Shown here piece by piece: positions 20,516 to 30,056 of a DNA stretch of 32,799 nt. The notes beneath the pieces are model-generated. The model did not search any database. It was not told the origin of the DNA and worked only from the letters and a program-made list of their open reading frames with translations. The DNA comes from a virus. The position numbers were made by a program, and so were the translations under genes. The stretch lies in the IMG/VR virus record IMGVR_UViG_3300033183_000402, positions 1 through 32,799 of that record, one strand, 5' to 3'. Every line of letters begins with the position of its first letter. Position 1 is the first letter of the stretch.

Positions 20516-21130
20516 ATGGCCTACGCAACCTATTCAGACCTCAAGACAGGCGTCGCCAACTACCTGGCGCGGTCTGACTTGACGTCGCAGATACCTGACT
20601 TTGTGCGGTTCGCCGAGAACCGGCTGCGGCGTGAGCTGCGGATTCGGCAGATGCTTAAGGTGGTGACGGCAAGCACCACGGGAGGTGATGCCACGGTGTC
20701 GCTACCGGCTGACTTTTTGGAGTTGCGTGATATTCACGTTGACGCCACCCCGGTCAGGACGCTGGAGTACCTAAGCCCGTCGAGTTTTTACCGTAACGCC
20801 CGCACGACCGAGAGCGGCGTGCCCACTCAGTACACCACGCTGGCCTCTGAGTTTCAGTTAGCTCCGATACCCGACTCGGCGTACACGCTGAAGATGCTTT
20901 ACTACGGCGCACCGACCTACCTGTCGGACACCAATCCCAGCAATGCGTTTTTGGCTAACTGTGCCGACGCGCTGCTATACGCCTCGCTTGCCGAGGCAGA
21001 ACCCTACCTGATGAACGACACCCGGATTGGAACCTGGGCTGCGCTCTATCAGCGGGCCATCGAGTCTTTAACCACGTCTGATGACAGGTCGGAGTTCGCT
21101 GGCGCACCCCTTTCGATGACTGTTAACTAG
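20516..21130 (+). CDS. Head-tail adaptor/connector-like protein
   Basis: 204 aa. YATYSDLKTGVANYLARSDLTSQIPDFVRFAENRLRRELRIRQM is the typical N-terminal pattern of phage adaptor proteins. Confidence 0.6.
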   Translation: MAYATYSDLKTGVANYLARSDLTSQIPDFVRFAENRLRRELRIRQMLKVVTASTTGGDATVSLPADFLELRDIHVDATPVRTLEYLSPSSFYRNARTTESGVPTQYTTLASEFQLAPIPDSAYTLKMLYYGAPTYLSDTNPSNAFLANCADALLYASLAEAEPYLMNDTRIGTWAALYQRAIESLTTSDDRSEFAGAPLSMTVN

Positions 21131-21142
21131 GAGGAAAGCCAA

Positions 21143-21529
21143 ATGGCTGAATTTTCCGATTACCTTGAGTCGGCGTTGATTAACGCCACCTTGCGCAACA
21201 CCTCTTACACGTCGCCCGCGACCGTGTATGTCGCGCTCTACACCAGTGACCCCACCGATGCCGACTCGGGCACCGAGTGCTCGGGTGGCTCATACGCCCG
21301 TCAGTCGGTAGCGTTTGACGCGCCCTCGGGCGGAGCGACCAGCAATACCGCTGCGGTGGAGTTCCCGCAAGCCACTGGCTCTTGGGGAACTATCACCCAC
21401 GTCGGCATTGTTGACGCCTCCTCGGCGGGCAACTTGCTCTATCACACGGCTGCCACGGCGTCCAAGACCATCGACACCGGGGATGTGTACCGCATCGCTG
21501 CCGGTTCGCTGACGGTGACGCTGGCCTAA
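21143..21529 (+). CDS. Conserved small virion protein (function unknown)
   Basis: 128 aa. AGGAGG-like RBS (TAGGAGGAAAGCCAAATG). The YVALYTSDPTD...GGSYARQSVAF pattern is seen in many phage structural modules. Confidence 0.6.
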   Translation: MAEFSDYLESALINATLRNTSYTSPATVYVALYTSDPTDADSGTECSGGSYARQSVAFDAPSGGATSNTAAVEFPQATGSWGTITHVGIVDASSAGNLLYHTAATASKTIDTGDVYRIAAGSLTVTLA

Positions 21530-21532
21530 GTA

Positions 21533-22300
21533 ATGGCAGACATCAACTCCCCTTGGAGTATCGACTCGCTCGATAGCCTCAAGGGGTCAATTGATGACCT
21601 GACGCTGACGCTTGACTCGGCGCTCTACGCGACCGACGTCACGCTTGCCGATGCGTATGGCGATGTGACGGCTCAAGCTGACTTGGGTTGTGCGCCAACC
21701 CGGGTGCAATCCACATCGGCAGATGCCTCCGGGCTTGCCAGCATGGTTGCGCCTGGGCGGCTTATCGCCTCGGGTGGCGGGTTGTACTCGGCTGCAGCTA
21801 CTGTTGCCAGTACCGCGCAAAAGGTAGCGGGAGGCGCAGGCGCGGTAACGGCGTTTGCTACGGTCGTCGCCAATGGCGGCTTCACTGCCCTTGCCAGTGC
21901 CTATGTCACCGCGTCAGCCGAACTTGTCGCCAACAACCAGCGGGTCAAGCTAGCGGCTGCAGCCGTGGACTCCTCGGCTACGGTGACGGCATTGGGCGGC
22001 AAAATTGTCAATGGCGTGGGGGACGTGAGCGCTGCAGCCTCATTTGCTGGTGAGGCGATACGTGTGCGCTTGTCGGGGGTAGGGGTGTCGTCCACGGCAA
22101 CGATGGCCGCCTATGGCGGGGTTGTGTATACGACCACCCACCTGATTGATGCCAGTGCAACCGTGGTCTCAGACTCAAGTGCGACCTATGACGGCGGCGG
22201 TGCGGTGGCAGCGTCGGCGACCTTTGTGGTGCCCGGGTTCAAGCTCGGGCAGGAGTGGACGGTTGTGCCCGCAGGAGCAGACACATGGCTACCCGCTTGA
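21533..22300 (+). CDS. Ala/Ser/Thr/Val/Gly-rich repetitive structural protein
   Basis: 255 aa. About eight degenerate units of 18-21 aa built around SATV/AxAxV...G. Confidence 0.6.
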   Translation: MADINSPWSIDSLDSLKGSIDDLTLTLDSALYATDVTLADAYGDVTAQADLGCAPTRVQSTSADASGLASMVAPGRLIASGGGLYSAAATVASTAQKVAGGAGAVTAFATVVANGGFTALASAYVTASAELVANNQRVKLAAAAVDSSATVTALGGKIVNGVGDVSAAASFAGEAIRVRLSGVGVSSTATMAAYGGVVYTTTHLIDASATVVSDSSATYDGGGAVAASATFVVPGFKLGQEWTVVPAGADTWLPA

Positions 22301-23706
22301 CCTTTGGTGAGTGGCTGCCCGACCAGCCCGGTGCGGTCGGCACCCTACAAAAGGCGTCTAACGTGATACCGATAGCCTCGGGCTACGCGCCGCTGCCAAG
22401 CCTTGTGGATTACAGCCAAGACGCCTCAGAAGATTTGAACGCGGTTTTCTCCGGGCGGCGCTCAACGTCCTCGATTTTCTTTGCGGGCGGGGCGAGCAAA
22501 CTGTTCAAGCTAGACCCGACTGACTTCTCGCTTGACGATGTGTCAAAGACCGGCGGGTACTCCAGCAGCTACCCGTGGGACTTTGTGCAGTTTGGCACCA
22601 GCATCATCGCAGCCAATGGCACAGAGAAGTTGCAGAACTGGGTGCTTAATAGCTCAAGCCAATTCGCTGACCTAGACGCGGCAGCGCCGGTAGCCCGATA
22701 CGTGACCGTGGTGCGGGACTTTGTGGTGTGCGGGAACATCAGCGGCGCGGAGAACCGCGTGCAGTGGTCGGACATCAACGACGAGACCAATTGGACTGCC
22801 GGGGCGTCAAGCCAATCCGACTACCAAAACCTGCCCGACGGCGGTGGCATCCAAGGGATTACGGGCGGCGAGTTTGGGTTGATTTTGCTTGACCGCTCAA
22901 TTGTGCGGATGAGCTACATCGGCTCGCCGCTCTTTTTTCAGTTTGACACCATCAGCCGCAACCGTGGCTGCCTCGAGCCAGGGTCGATTGCCCAGTACGG
23001 GCAGATGACGTTCTTTTTGAGCGACGACGGGTTTTACTCATGCGCGGGTGAGAGCCTGACGCCAATCGGCGCGGAGAAAGTCAACCGTTGGTTTTTCAAC
23101 GACGCCAACCCCAGCACGCTTAGCACCATCAGCGCGGCAACCGACCCACTGAGAAACGTGGTGGTGTGGAGCTACCAAAACAACGAGGGCGGCAGGAGCC
23201 TCCTGGTCTACAACTGGCAACTCAACCGCTGGAGCCACGGCACGACCACCGCCGAGACGCTCTCATCAGCGGCCACGACCGGCGAGACGCTGGAGTCGCT
23301 GGACTCCATCTCAGGCAGCCTGGACTCGCTCGGCACGTCGCTCGACTCGCCCCAGTGGGTGGGCGGCAGCTTGCTATTTGCTGGCTCGGTCGGGGCAAAG
23401 ATTGCGACCTTTACTGGCGCATCCTCCACGGCACTGTTTGAGACCGGCGACTTTGGCGATGCCAACCCGTCGATGGTGACGCTGGCTAGGCCATTGATTG
23501 ATGGCGGCTCGGCGTCGGTGGCTGCGTTCTCGCGAAACCTGCTAGGCCAAACGATTGGTTTTGGCTCGAGGACGGCGGCAGACTCGGACAACCGTGTCCC
23601 GCTCAGAAGCCTTGGCAAGTACCACCGGCTGCAAGTGGAGCCATCGGGTACGTGGACGGCTGCCGTAGCGGTCGACGTGGAGATGACCGGGGCAGGTGTG
23701 CGATGA
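22285..23706 (+). CDS. Large tail structural protein (beta-rich, function unassigned)
   Basis: The track starts at 22255. I prefer the ATG at 22285 because AGGAG lies 7 nt upstream. 473 aa. Confidence 0.65.
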   Translation: MATRLTFGEWLPDQPGAVGTLQKASNVIPIASGYAPLPSLVDYSQDASEDLNAVFSGRRSTSSIFFAGGASKLFKLDPTDFSLDDVSKTGGYSSSYPWDFVQFGTSIIAANGTEKLQNWVLNSSSQFADLDAAAPVARYVTVVRDFVVCGNISGAENRVQWSDINDETNWTAGASSQSDYQNLPDGGGIQGITGGEFGLILLDRSIVRMSYIGSPLFFQFDTISRNRGCLEPGSIAQYGQMTFFLSDDGFYSCAGESLTPIGAEKVNRWFFNDANPSTLSTISAATDPLRNVVVWSYQNNEGGRSLLVYNWQLNRWSHGTTTAETLSSAATTGETLESLDSISGSLDSLGTSLDSPQWVGGSLLFAGSVGAKIATFTGASSTALFETGDFGDANPSMVTLARPLIDGGSASVAAFSRNLLGQTIGFGSRTAADSDNRVPLRSLGKYHRLQVEPSGTWTAAVAVDVEMTGAGVR

Positions 23707-24014
23707 CGTACAGAGCCATCCCGCCGTTTGGCTCAAACTTTCGGCAAATTGCCGAGGTAGTCAATGGGCTGCTCAACGGCAAGGCAAACAACACGGGCAG
23801 CGTGACGCTTGCGGATGCCTCGGCCACGAGCACCACGCTTTTGGATGAGCGCATTGGGTACGGCAGTGTCATTGTGCTCATGCCAACCACCGCCAACGCG
23901 GCAGCGTGGATGAATGACGTTTACGTTTCGGCAAAAAGTAAAGGCTCGGCAACGCTGAGCCACTCCGCAAATTCAGCATCCGACCGCACTTACGGGTACG
24001 CGGTCATCGGTTAG
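23703..24014 (+). CDS. Small tail/virion protein
   Basis: The track starts at 23652. I prefer the ATG at 23703, which overlaps the upstream stop (ATGA). 103 aa. Confidence 0.6.
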   Translation: MTYRAIPPFGSNFRQIAEVVNGLLNGKANNTGSVTLADASATSTTLLDERIGYGSVIVLMPTTANAAAWMNDVYVSAKSKGSATLSHSANSASDRTYGYAVIG

Positions 24015-24024
24015 GAGCGAAAGC

Positions 24025-24837
24025 ATGGCAGTAATGACGACCACCACTGACATCGACCCGACAATTAAGAAGTTTCGGGACTACGGGCTGGATGAGTCTA
24101 AACGGCTCTATCAAGGTGACACGCCGCAGTACTACCCGGGGCAGACCTACGTTGACCCAAGTCAGCAAACGCAGCAGGCCATGACGGCGATGCAGAACCG
24201 TGCGATGCAGGGTAGCGGGCTTACGTCGGCGGCGCAGAACGCGGCAATGCAAACGCTGCAAGGTGGCTTTCTTGGGGGGAACCCGTTTTTTAGTCAGGCG
24301 TTTCAGCCTGCCGCTCAGGAAGCCCAGCGCTCGTTCATGGACTCCATGAATCAAATCAACTCCAGCGCATCCAAGGCGGGGCGGTATGGCTCCAACGCCA
24401 TGGCTAACCTGCAAGACCGCGCCATGGACTCCTACTCCAAGTCGCTGACCAATACGGCGGGGCAGTTGGCTTATCAAAACTACGACACCGAGCGCGGACG
24501 TCAGCAGGCCATGATTGGCGCTGCTCCAGCCTTGGCAAATCAAGACTATTACGACATCAACCAGTTATACCAATCCGGGCAAATGGCTGAGGGTTACCAG
24601 CAGCAGGCGCTACAAGACGACATCAACCGCTTTAACTACGAGCAGAACCTGCCCCAGCTAAAACTCGACCGCTACCTGCAAAACGTCTATGGGGCGCCGG
24701 GTGGGCAAATCACAACCCAACCCCTTTACCGAAACCAAGGGGCAGGGATTTTGGGCGGGGCGCTGGCTGGCAGCCAAATCTCCGCTCTTGGCCCGTATGG
24801 GTGGCTCTTAGGTGGACTCTTGGGTGGGATGGGTTAA
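24025..24837 (+). CDS. Gln-rich virion protein with a C-terminal glycine-zipper membrane segment (possible internal/ejection protein)
   Basis: 270 aa. The C-terminus is GAGILGGALAGSQISALGPYGWLLGGLLGGMG. Confidence 0.55.
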   Translation: MAVMTTTTDIDPTIKKFRDYGLDESKRLYQGDTPQYYPGQTYVDPSQQTQQAMTAMQNRAMQGSGLTSAAQNAAMQTLQGGFLGGNPFFSQAFQPAAQEAQRSFMDSMNQINSSASKAGRYGSNAMANLQDRAMDSYSKSLTNTAGQLAYQNYDTERGRQQAMIGAAPALANQDYYDINQLYQSGQMAEGYQQQALQDDINRFNYEQNLPQLKLDRYLQNVYGAPGGQITTQPLYRNQGAGILGGALAGSQISALGPYGWLLGGLLGGMG

Positions 24838-24840
24838 ACC

Positions 24841-26286
24841 ATGAACCTGTTTACCGAACCAAGCTGGCTTAAGGCTGGCGGCTTATTTAGCGAACCGGAC
24901 ATCGCCTCGTTGCGTGAAAGCGCTAACCGAGACGCCATCATGCAAATGGCAATGGGGCTGCTTGCGCAAAGCGGCTACTCCACCAAGCCTCAGACGCTAG
25001 GCGAGGGGTTGGCCTCCGGTGTGCTGGCTGGGCAAAAGGCGCATCGGCAGGCTTACCGCGATGCTTTGGCCGACAAGATGACCGAGGCTAAGCTGATTAC
25101 GCTAGACAACGAGAGGAAGCTAAAGCCGATTCAGGCGGGCATTTTGGAGTCAAAGGTCACGCCGGGACAGTTTGGCTACAACCTCTCAACCGTTGACCCA
25201 GTCGCGCAACAGTTAGCCCAAGAAAACCTTGCAATGGCTGAGACACCCGAGCAAATCGACTCGGTCTTAAAAAGCCTGCAACAGTCAGCGTCGTACAACG
25301 CGCCCAAAGGTGCTGAGACGGGGTTTGTGGCTCCGCAGGCAACGATGCAAATCAATCGCGAGAACCTGAACAAGTATCGGGCGCTGGCTACGGATGAGCA
25401 ATTTAACTCCATGCTTCAAGGGTTGAAAGCTCAGCAAGAGTTATTCCGAAACAAGCCGGTTGGTGACCCGTTTAAGGCCGCCGACGGTCAAGGCAACCCG
25501 GTATTTGTGCAGCGTTACGAAGATGGCAGCCAGCGGGTGCTGGGTGGCTTTACACCGCCCGCCGATTTGACGAACGACCAAAGAAACTACGCAGCGGGTA
25601 AAGCCGACCCAGCATTTCTTAAGTTTTTGCAAAACAAATCCAAGGGGCAGGTGATTAACGTCTACCCCGAGGGCGCGGTTGGGCCGGGCAAAAAGGGCCA
25701 AGACGCTGCGGACCAGGGCATTGACTCAATGGGCGCTCAACGCGTCAAACTGGAGCGAGTGTTTTCCGGTTTTGAAACCGACTTCTTGACCATACCAACT
25801 CAGATTGCTATGGGTTGGTCAAACCTCAAGGAGAGGAGCGGTCTTAAGCTAGACAGACAAACGGCTGACAAACTTACACGGTTTGCGAGGTTTAGCTCAG
25901 ACGCCATGGCCGCGCTGAACGCCTACATCAACGCCGTAACTGGCGCAGCCATCGGAAGTAGCGAGGAAGAAGCGCGTATTCGCAGAGCTTTCCCTGACCC
26001 GCAAAAAGACGGCCCGACGCAGTTCATGTCCAAGTTGCAGGCCAAGTTGCAAGAGGCTGCCTTGTTCCAAGCCCGTTACCACTACGTCAAGACAAAGGGC
26101 TACAAGGTTGGAACGCCAGAGTTTAAGCAAGCCCTGCTGAGCGTCGATGTGGACGCGGATATCCCGCGCCTGATGCGCGAGGAGACAAAACGCCAAATCA
26201 GCAACATTCCCAACTTTGACCCGAACAACCCCGACATGCTTCGCAAGGTTGAGCAAAACGTTGCCCGGGTCTTTGGGCTACTTTAG
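24841..26286 (+). CDS. Hypothetical virion protein (possible internal/ejection protein)
   Basis: 481 aa. Tightly packed, lying between the small tail/virion proteins and the tail fibre gene. Confidence 0.55.
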   Translation: MNLFTEPSWLKAGGLFSEPDIASLRESANRDAIMQMAMGLLAQSGYSTKPQTLGEGLASGVLAGQKAHRQAYRDALADKMTEAKLITLDNERKLKPIQAGILESKVTPGQFGYNLSTVDPVAQQLAQENLAMAETPEQIDSVLKSLQQSASYNAPKGAETGFVAPQATMQINRENLNKYRALATDEQFNSMLQGLKAQQELFRNKPVGDPFKAADGQGNPVFVQRYEDGSQRVLGGFTPPADLTNDQRNYAAGKADPAFLKFLQNKSKGQVINVYPEGAVGPGKKGQDAADQGIDSMGAQRVKLERVFSGFETDFLTIPTQIAMGWSNLKERSGLKLDRQTADKLTRFARFSSDAMAALNAYINAVTGAAIGSSEEEARIRRAFPDPQKDGPTQFMSKLQAKLQEAALFQARYHYVKTKGYKVGTPEFKQALLSVDVDADIPRLMREETKRQISNIPNFDPNNPDMLRKVEQNVARVFGLL

Positions 26287-26294
26287 GGGTAGGC

Positions 26295-28388
26295 ATGGCA
26301 GGCACCTTAGTTGAAGACGCCATCGTCGCAAACATTCTCAAGCCGTCCCGTTCGGTCGAGGCAGCCACAAGAGAAGCTACGCCCATAAGCGACCAAATCG
26401 TGAAACGTATCCTGAATCGCGGGCTACCGGCCCAAGAGCAGGTCTTTTACGACGAGACCAAGCAGGCTTCAGGTGCGGCTGCTACGGCGGCGGGTGTAGC
26501 CACAGACCCGCAAAGGGCTGCGGAGATATTCGCCAAGTACCGTGGGATTCCCGTTGACCGTTACAAAATCATCGACGGAGAGGTTGCCTACCAAGCGGAG
26601 CCAGGCGGAAAGTACTACGCTGAGGTGCCCGGCTTCTTAACCAGCCCCGGGCAAAAGCTGCAATACATAGCCCCTGACATCGCCGAGACCGCCGTTGGGG
26701 TGGCTGGCAATATCGTGACCTCCCCCATGCTGATGGCTGGCCCTGCTGGCATCGCGGGCTATACCGGCGTAAACGCGCTGATTGGCTCAGGGCTGCGGGC
26801 AGGGAGGCAAGCATTGGCTGGGCAGCCGTTTAACGCGGCTGACGTTGCGATTGCTGGCGGCTTGAACGCCATCCCTGCTACTGGCGCTGGTGTCGGGCGG
26901 GCAAAGATTGCCGATAGGGCGCTGGCCCGCGATATCAAGCAGATGGATACCGCTGCCACCCAAGCGTTACGCGACAAGGCTCGTGCCCAAGGCATCACGC
27001 TGACCCCTGCCGAAATGACTGGCTTGCGCTCGCTAAAGGACGAGCAAAAGATGCTGGGCAATATGCCGCGCTCAGGCGAGGTGATGCAGGACTTCTACAA
27101 CCAGCGCTTTATCAAAGAGGTGCAGCCAGCCGTTAGCCGGTTTTTGGACAGTATCAGCAAAACCGACGATTTGTTTGACGCGGGTATGGCTACCCAGCGG
27201 GCGTTCACCCAGCAACGCAAAAACATGGTGGAAGCAAGGGCGTCGGCGGTCAAACCTCTGTATGCCCAGGCGTACCAGTCAGACGCACCGGTGTCCGCGT
27301 CCAAGGCAATCAACTTTGTCACCAGCAAGATGGAGAACGCCAAAGACACTGAGCTTCGGGCGTTGCAGCGCATCTACAAAATGCTGACCAAGGAGACACC
27401 CAAGGTCGACGATGCGGGCGCGGTGATGCGGGACAAGAACGGCATCATTGAAAACGAGGTGCTGCCTGAGAACCGAATCGAGGCGATGCACCGTATCCGC
27501 ATGGCGCTGGACGCCCTATCCAAGGAGGAGGGGGTGCAGGGCTTGGACGCGGTGATTCAAACCGAGATTGGGCAAATCCGCGAGCTAATCAATAGCGAAC
27601 TCAAGTCCATCCCGGCCTTTAGAGCTGCCGACCAAAAGTTTGCTGATATGTCGGTGCCGATTCAACGCTTTGACGACTCCCGGGCGTTTGGCATTACCAA
27701 GATGAACCTAGACAACGTGGAGCAAGTGGCCGAGAAGATTTTTGGCCCCAACTCCTCGCCGCAGACCATCAAGTACTTGCGCGACCAAGTCGAGGCGGTG
27801 AACCCCGACGCTTGGAAAGCCATCACCCGCAATTGGCTTGAGAAAACGTGGACTGAGATGCGACGGGTGCGTAAAGGCGCGACCGAGGAGCGTCGTGACG
27901 CTGGCGGCGACTGGGCTAGGTTCCTGCTGGGCGATTTAAGGGCGCAATCCAAACTGGTGAACGCCCTCGGCAACGAGTCTTATCAGGGGCTGCGTAACCT
28001 CACCGATGTATTACAGGCAGCGGCCAAGGTCAAGAAGATTGGCTCGGACACCGCCTTTAACGCCGAAATCATTGCTGAACTCAAACGCGAGGCTCCCGGG
28101 ACGCTGACCAAACTCGGCAAGCTCATTGGCACCGCAGTGACCCCTCAAAACTGGGGTACTTATATGCGGGACTGGGTGACCCAGCGCAGCTTTGATAAGC
28201 ACCTTGAGTCGATGGCGCGAATCATCACCAGCCCTGACGGGATGGAGAACTTGCGGCGCATCAAACGCATCAGCCACTCCAAGCCCGGGTTTTGGGCTGG
28301 GCTGACCACCGCTTTGGTTGATAGCGCCGCTGGCGGCACCGACCTCACCGATATTCCATACATGGAGGATTCCAATGGCAAAAACTAA
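26295..28388 (+). CDS. Large hypothetical virion protein (possible internal/ejection protein)
   Basis: 697 aa. It is the largest late gene and precedes the tail fibre. No tape-measure-like features. Confidence 0.55.
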   Translation: MAGTLVEDAIVANILKPSRSVEAATREATPISDQIVKRILNRGLPAQEQVFYDETKQASGAAATAAGVATDPQRAAEIFAKYRGIPVDRYKIIDGEVAYQAEPGGKYYAEVPGFLTSPGQKLQYIAPDIAETAVGVAGNIVTSPMLMAGPAGIAGYTGVNALIGSGLRAGRQALAGQPFNAADVAIAGGLNAIPATGAGVGRAKIADRALARDIKQMDTAATQALRDKARAQGITLTPAEMTGLRSLKDEQKMLGNMPRSGEVMQDFYNQRFIKEVQPAVSRFLDSISKTDDLFDAGMATQRAFTQQRKNMVEARASAVKPLYAQAYQSDAPVSASKAINFVTSKMENAKDTELRALQRIYKMLTKETPKVDDAGAVMRDKNGIIENEVLPENRIEAMHRIRMALDALSKEEGVQGLDAVIQTEIGQIRELINSELKSIPAFRAADQKFADMSVPIQRFDDSRAFGITKMNLDNVEQVAEKIFGPNSSPQTIKYLRDQVEAVNPDAWKAITRNWLEKTWTEMRRVRKGATEERRDAGGDWARFLLGDLRAQSKLVNALGNESYQGLRNLTDVLQAAAKVKKIGSDTAFNAEIIAELKREAPGTLTKLGKLIGTAVTPQNWGTYMRDWVTQRSFDKHLESMARIITSPDGMENLRRIKRISHSKPGFWAGLTTALVDSAAGGTDLTDIPYMEDSNGKN

Positions 28389-29142
28389 AGTCTCGGAATA
28401 CTCGAGCACCGCCTCGAGCAATACCGACATCGACTCCATCAACATCGACGAGGGGTGTGCGCCGAGCAATATCAACGACGCCATACGCGAGTTGATGGCC
28501 CACCTAAAAGACTGGCAGTCCGGTACTGTCGCCCAAGCTCTCGCGGCTGCGGGGGGCGGTACGGGGCAGACCAGCCTCACCGCAAACAACGTCTTGCTGG
28601 GCAATGGCACAAGCGGCGTGCAGTTTGTTGCGCCTGGCTCGAGCGGTAACGTCCTGACAAGTAATGGCACCAGTTGGACGTCGGCTGCGGCAGCAGCGTT
28701 TGACTCAGGCACGCGCATGATGTTTGCCCAAACATCGGCTCCGACCGGGTGGACAAAAGACACCACCAACTACAACAACCACGCCTTGCGAGTGGTTACG
28801 GGTACGGCTTCGTCTGGTGGTTCTGCGGCGTTTACGACTGCTTTCGGAACGCCCAGTGTGTCTGGCTCTGTAAGTGTGAGCGGTACAGTTGGAGCGACAA
28901 CGCTTACAACGGCTCAGTTGGCAAGCCACAGCCACACAGTAAACACTAGAAGATCAGGGAGCGGTAGCGGCGGCGTGGCGTTTGGTAACTATTCAGACTC
29001 ACAACCATATAGCATCGGCACAACTGGCGCTGGCTCAAACTCATCACACACCCACAGCTTCTCTGGCTCTGGTTCGTTGAGTTCTGCGACTACCGCTATT
29101 AACGTTCAGTATGTTGACGTGATTATTGCAACAAAAGACTGA
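28375..29142 (+). CDS. Tail fibre protein with a phage tail-collar-type C-terminal domain
   Basis: The track starts at 28318. I prefer the ATG at 28375, with GGAGGA upstream. 255 aa. It has a conserved N-terminus (AKTKVSEYSSTASSNTDIDSINIDEG), a collar-like segment (FAQTSAPTGWTKD...LTTAQLASHSHTV) and a Ser/Gly-rich tip. Confidence 0.75.
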   Translation: MAKTKVSEYSSTASSNTDIDSINIDEGCAPSNINDAIRELMAHLKDWQSGTVAQALAAAGGGTGQTSLTANNVLLGNGTSGVQFVAPGSSGNVLTSNGTSWTSAAAAAFDSGTRMMFAQTSAPTGWTKDTTNYNNHALRVVTGTASSGGSAAFTTAFGTPSVSGSVSVSGTVGATTLTTAQLASHSHTVNTRRSGSGSGGVAFGNYSDSQPYSIGTTGAGSNSSHTHSFSGSGSLSSATTAINVQYVDVIIATKD

Positions 29143-29462
29143 TGAAACTTGAAGCAAAAGCCAACTGCCCGCTGGATAAGTTCAAGCCATGCCGTCAGCT
29201 TGACTGCGCGTGGTTTATCAAAATCTCAGGCAAAGACCCGCAGAACGGTGCCGACATTGATGAGCATGGCTGCGCGATTGCTTGGATGCCCCTCCTGATG
29301 ATTGAGAACTCGCAGCAGCAGCGCCAAACCGGCGCAGCGGTTGAGTCTTTCCGTAACGAGATGGTCAAGGCCAACGAGTCATCTCAACAGTTGCTTTTGG
29401 CTACCGCAGCCACCAGTATCCCCACCCTCAAGACAATCAACGGAGGTTCGCTATGCAAATGA
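29142..29462 (+). CDS. Cys-containing hypothetical protein downstream of the tail fibre
   Basis: 106 aa. TGATG overlap with the fibre stop. Contains CPLDKFKPCRQLDCAWF...HGCAIAW. Confidence 0.6.
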   Translation: MKLEAKANCPLDKFKPCRQLDCAWFIKISGKDPQNGADIDEHGCAIAWMPLLMIENSQQQRQTGAAVESFRNEMVKANESSQQLLLATAATSIPTLKTINGGSLCK

Positions 29463-29764
29463 CAATTGTTGCCGACGACAAGTCCATCGGTATCGACCAG
29501 CAGCACATTGCTCCCCTAGAGATGCCGCAACTTGACGCGGCCATTCACGCCGTGCAGTGGTACGACACTTGGGGCGAGGTCGAGTACAAGACCGTCTTGG
29601 TTGACGGCGTGCCCACCAAGCCGCTAAATCAAACCATAACCGACATCACGCCCTACCAGTGGGCGGTGACCGTGTGGACTGACGCCAAAGCCATCCTCGA
29701 CGCCGAAGCAGCCGCCGAAGCAGCAGCCGCCGAAGCAGCAACCGCTGCCGCTGGAAGTGAGTAG
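29453..29764 (+). CDS. Hypothetical protein with an Ala/Glu-rich tail
   Basis: 103 aa. GGAGG lies 6 nt upstream of the ATG. Confidence 0.6.
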   Translation: MQMTIVADDKSIGIDQQHIAPLEMPQLDAAIHAVQWYDTWGEVEYKTVLVDGVPTKPLNQTITDITPYQWAVTVWTDAKAILDAEAAAEAAAAEAATAAAGSE

Positions 29765-29864
29765 CAGGGCAGTAGTCCGGCCTCTACTTCCGCCGATATC
29801 CCGCGTGGCGTTGAACCAGCCTTTCTGAATAAAACCCTGCCTTAAGCAGAGCAAGGTCAATCAA

Positions 29865-30056
29865 ATGGTCACAGAAGTCGAGAGCCGCCTGTCGGCCCAT
29901 GAGCAGGTGTGCGCGGAACGCTACGCCGTAATAAACACTCGCCTCGACGGGGTCGATGCTCGCCTCAAGCGGCTGGAGCGCATCATCATGAACGCCGTCG
30001 GAGCTTTGCTTGTCGGCATGGGCGGGATGATTGCCGCCATCGTCATGAGGGTCTAA
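29865..30056 (+). CDS. Small tail-anchored membrane protein
   Basis: 63 aa. N-terminal coiled coil and a C-terminal TM segment AVGALLVGMGGMIAAIVM. Confidence 0.55.
   Translation: MVTEVESRLSAHEQVCAERYAVINTRLDGVDARLKRLERIIMNAVGALLVGMGGMIAAIVMRV

Noticed and set aside
24004-24543. 179-aa minus-strand ORF
   Set aside because: It is antisense to the Gln-rich virion protein gene. The Arg/Leu-rich translation is typical of the reverse frame of a Gln/Ala-rich gene.
28011-28769. 252-aa minus-strand ORF across the junction of the 697-aa virion protein and the tail fibre
   Set aside because: It is antisense to two well-supported late genes. There is no signal of independent expression, and the composition matches a shadow frame.
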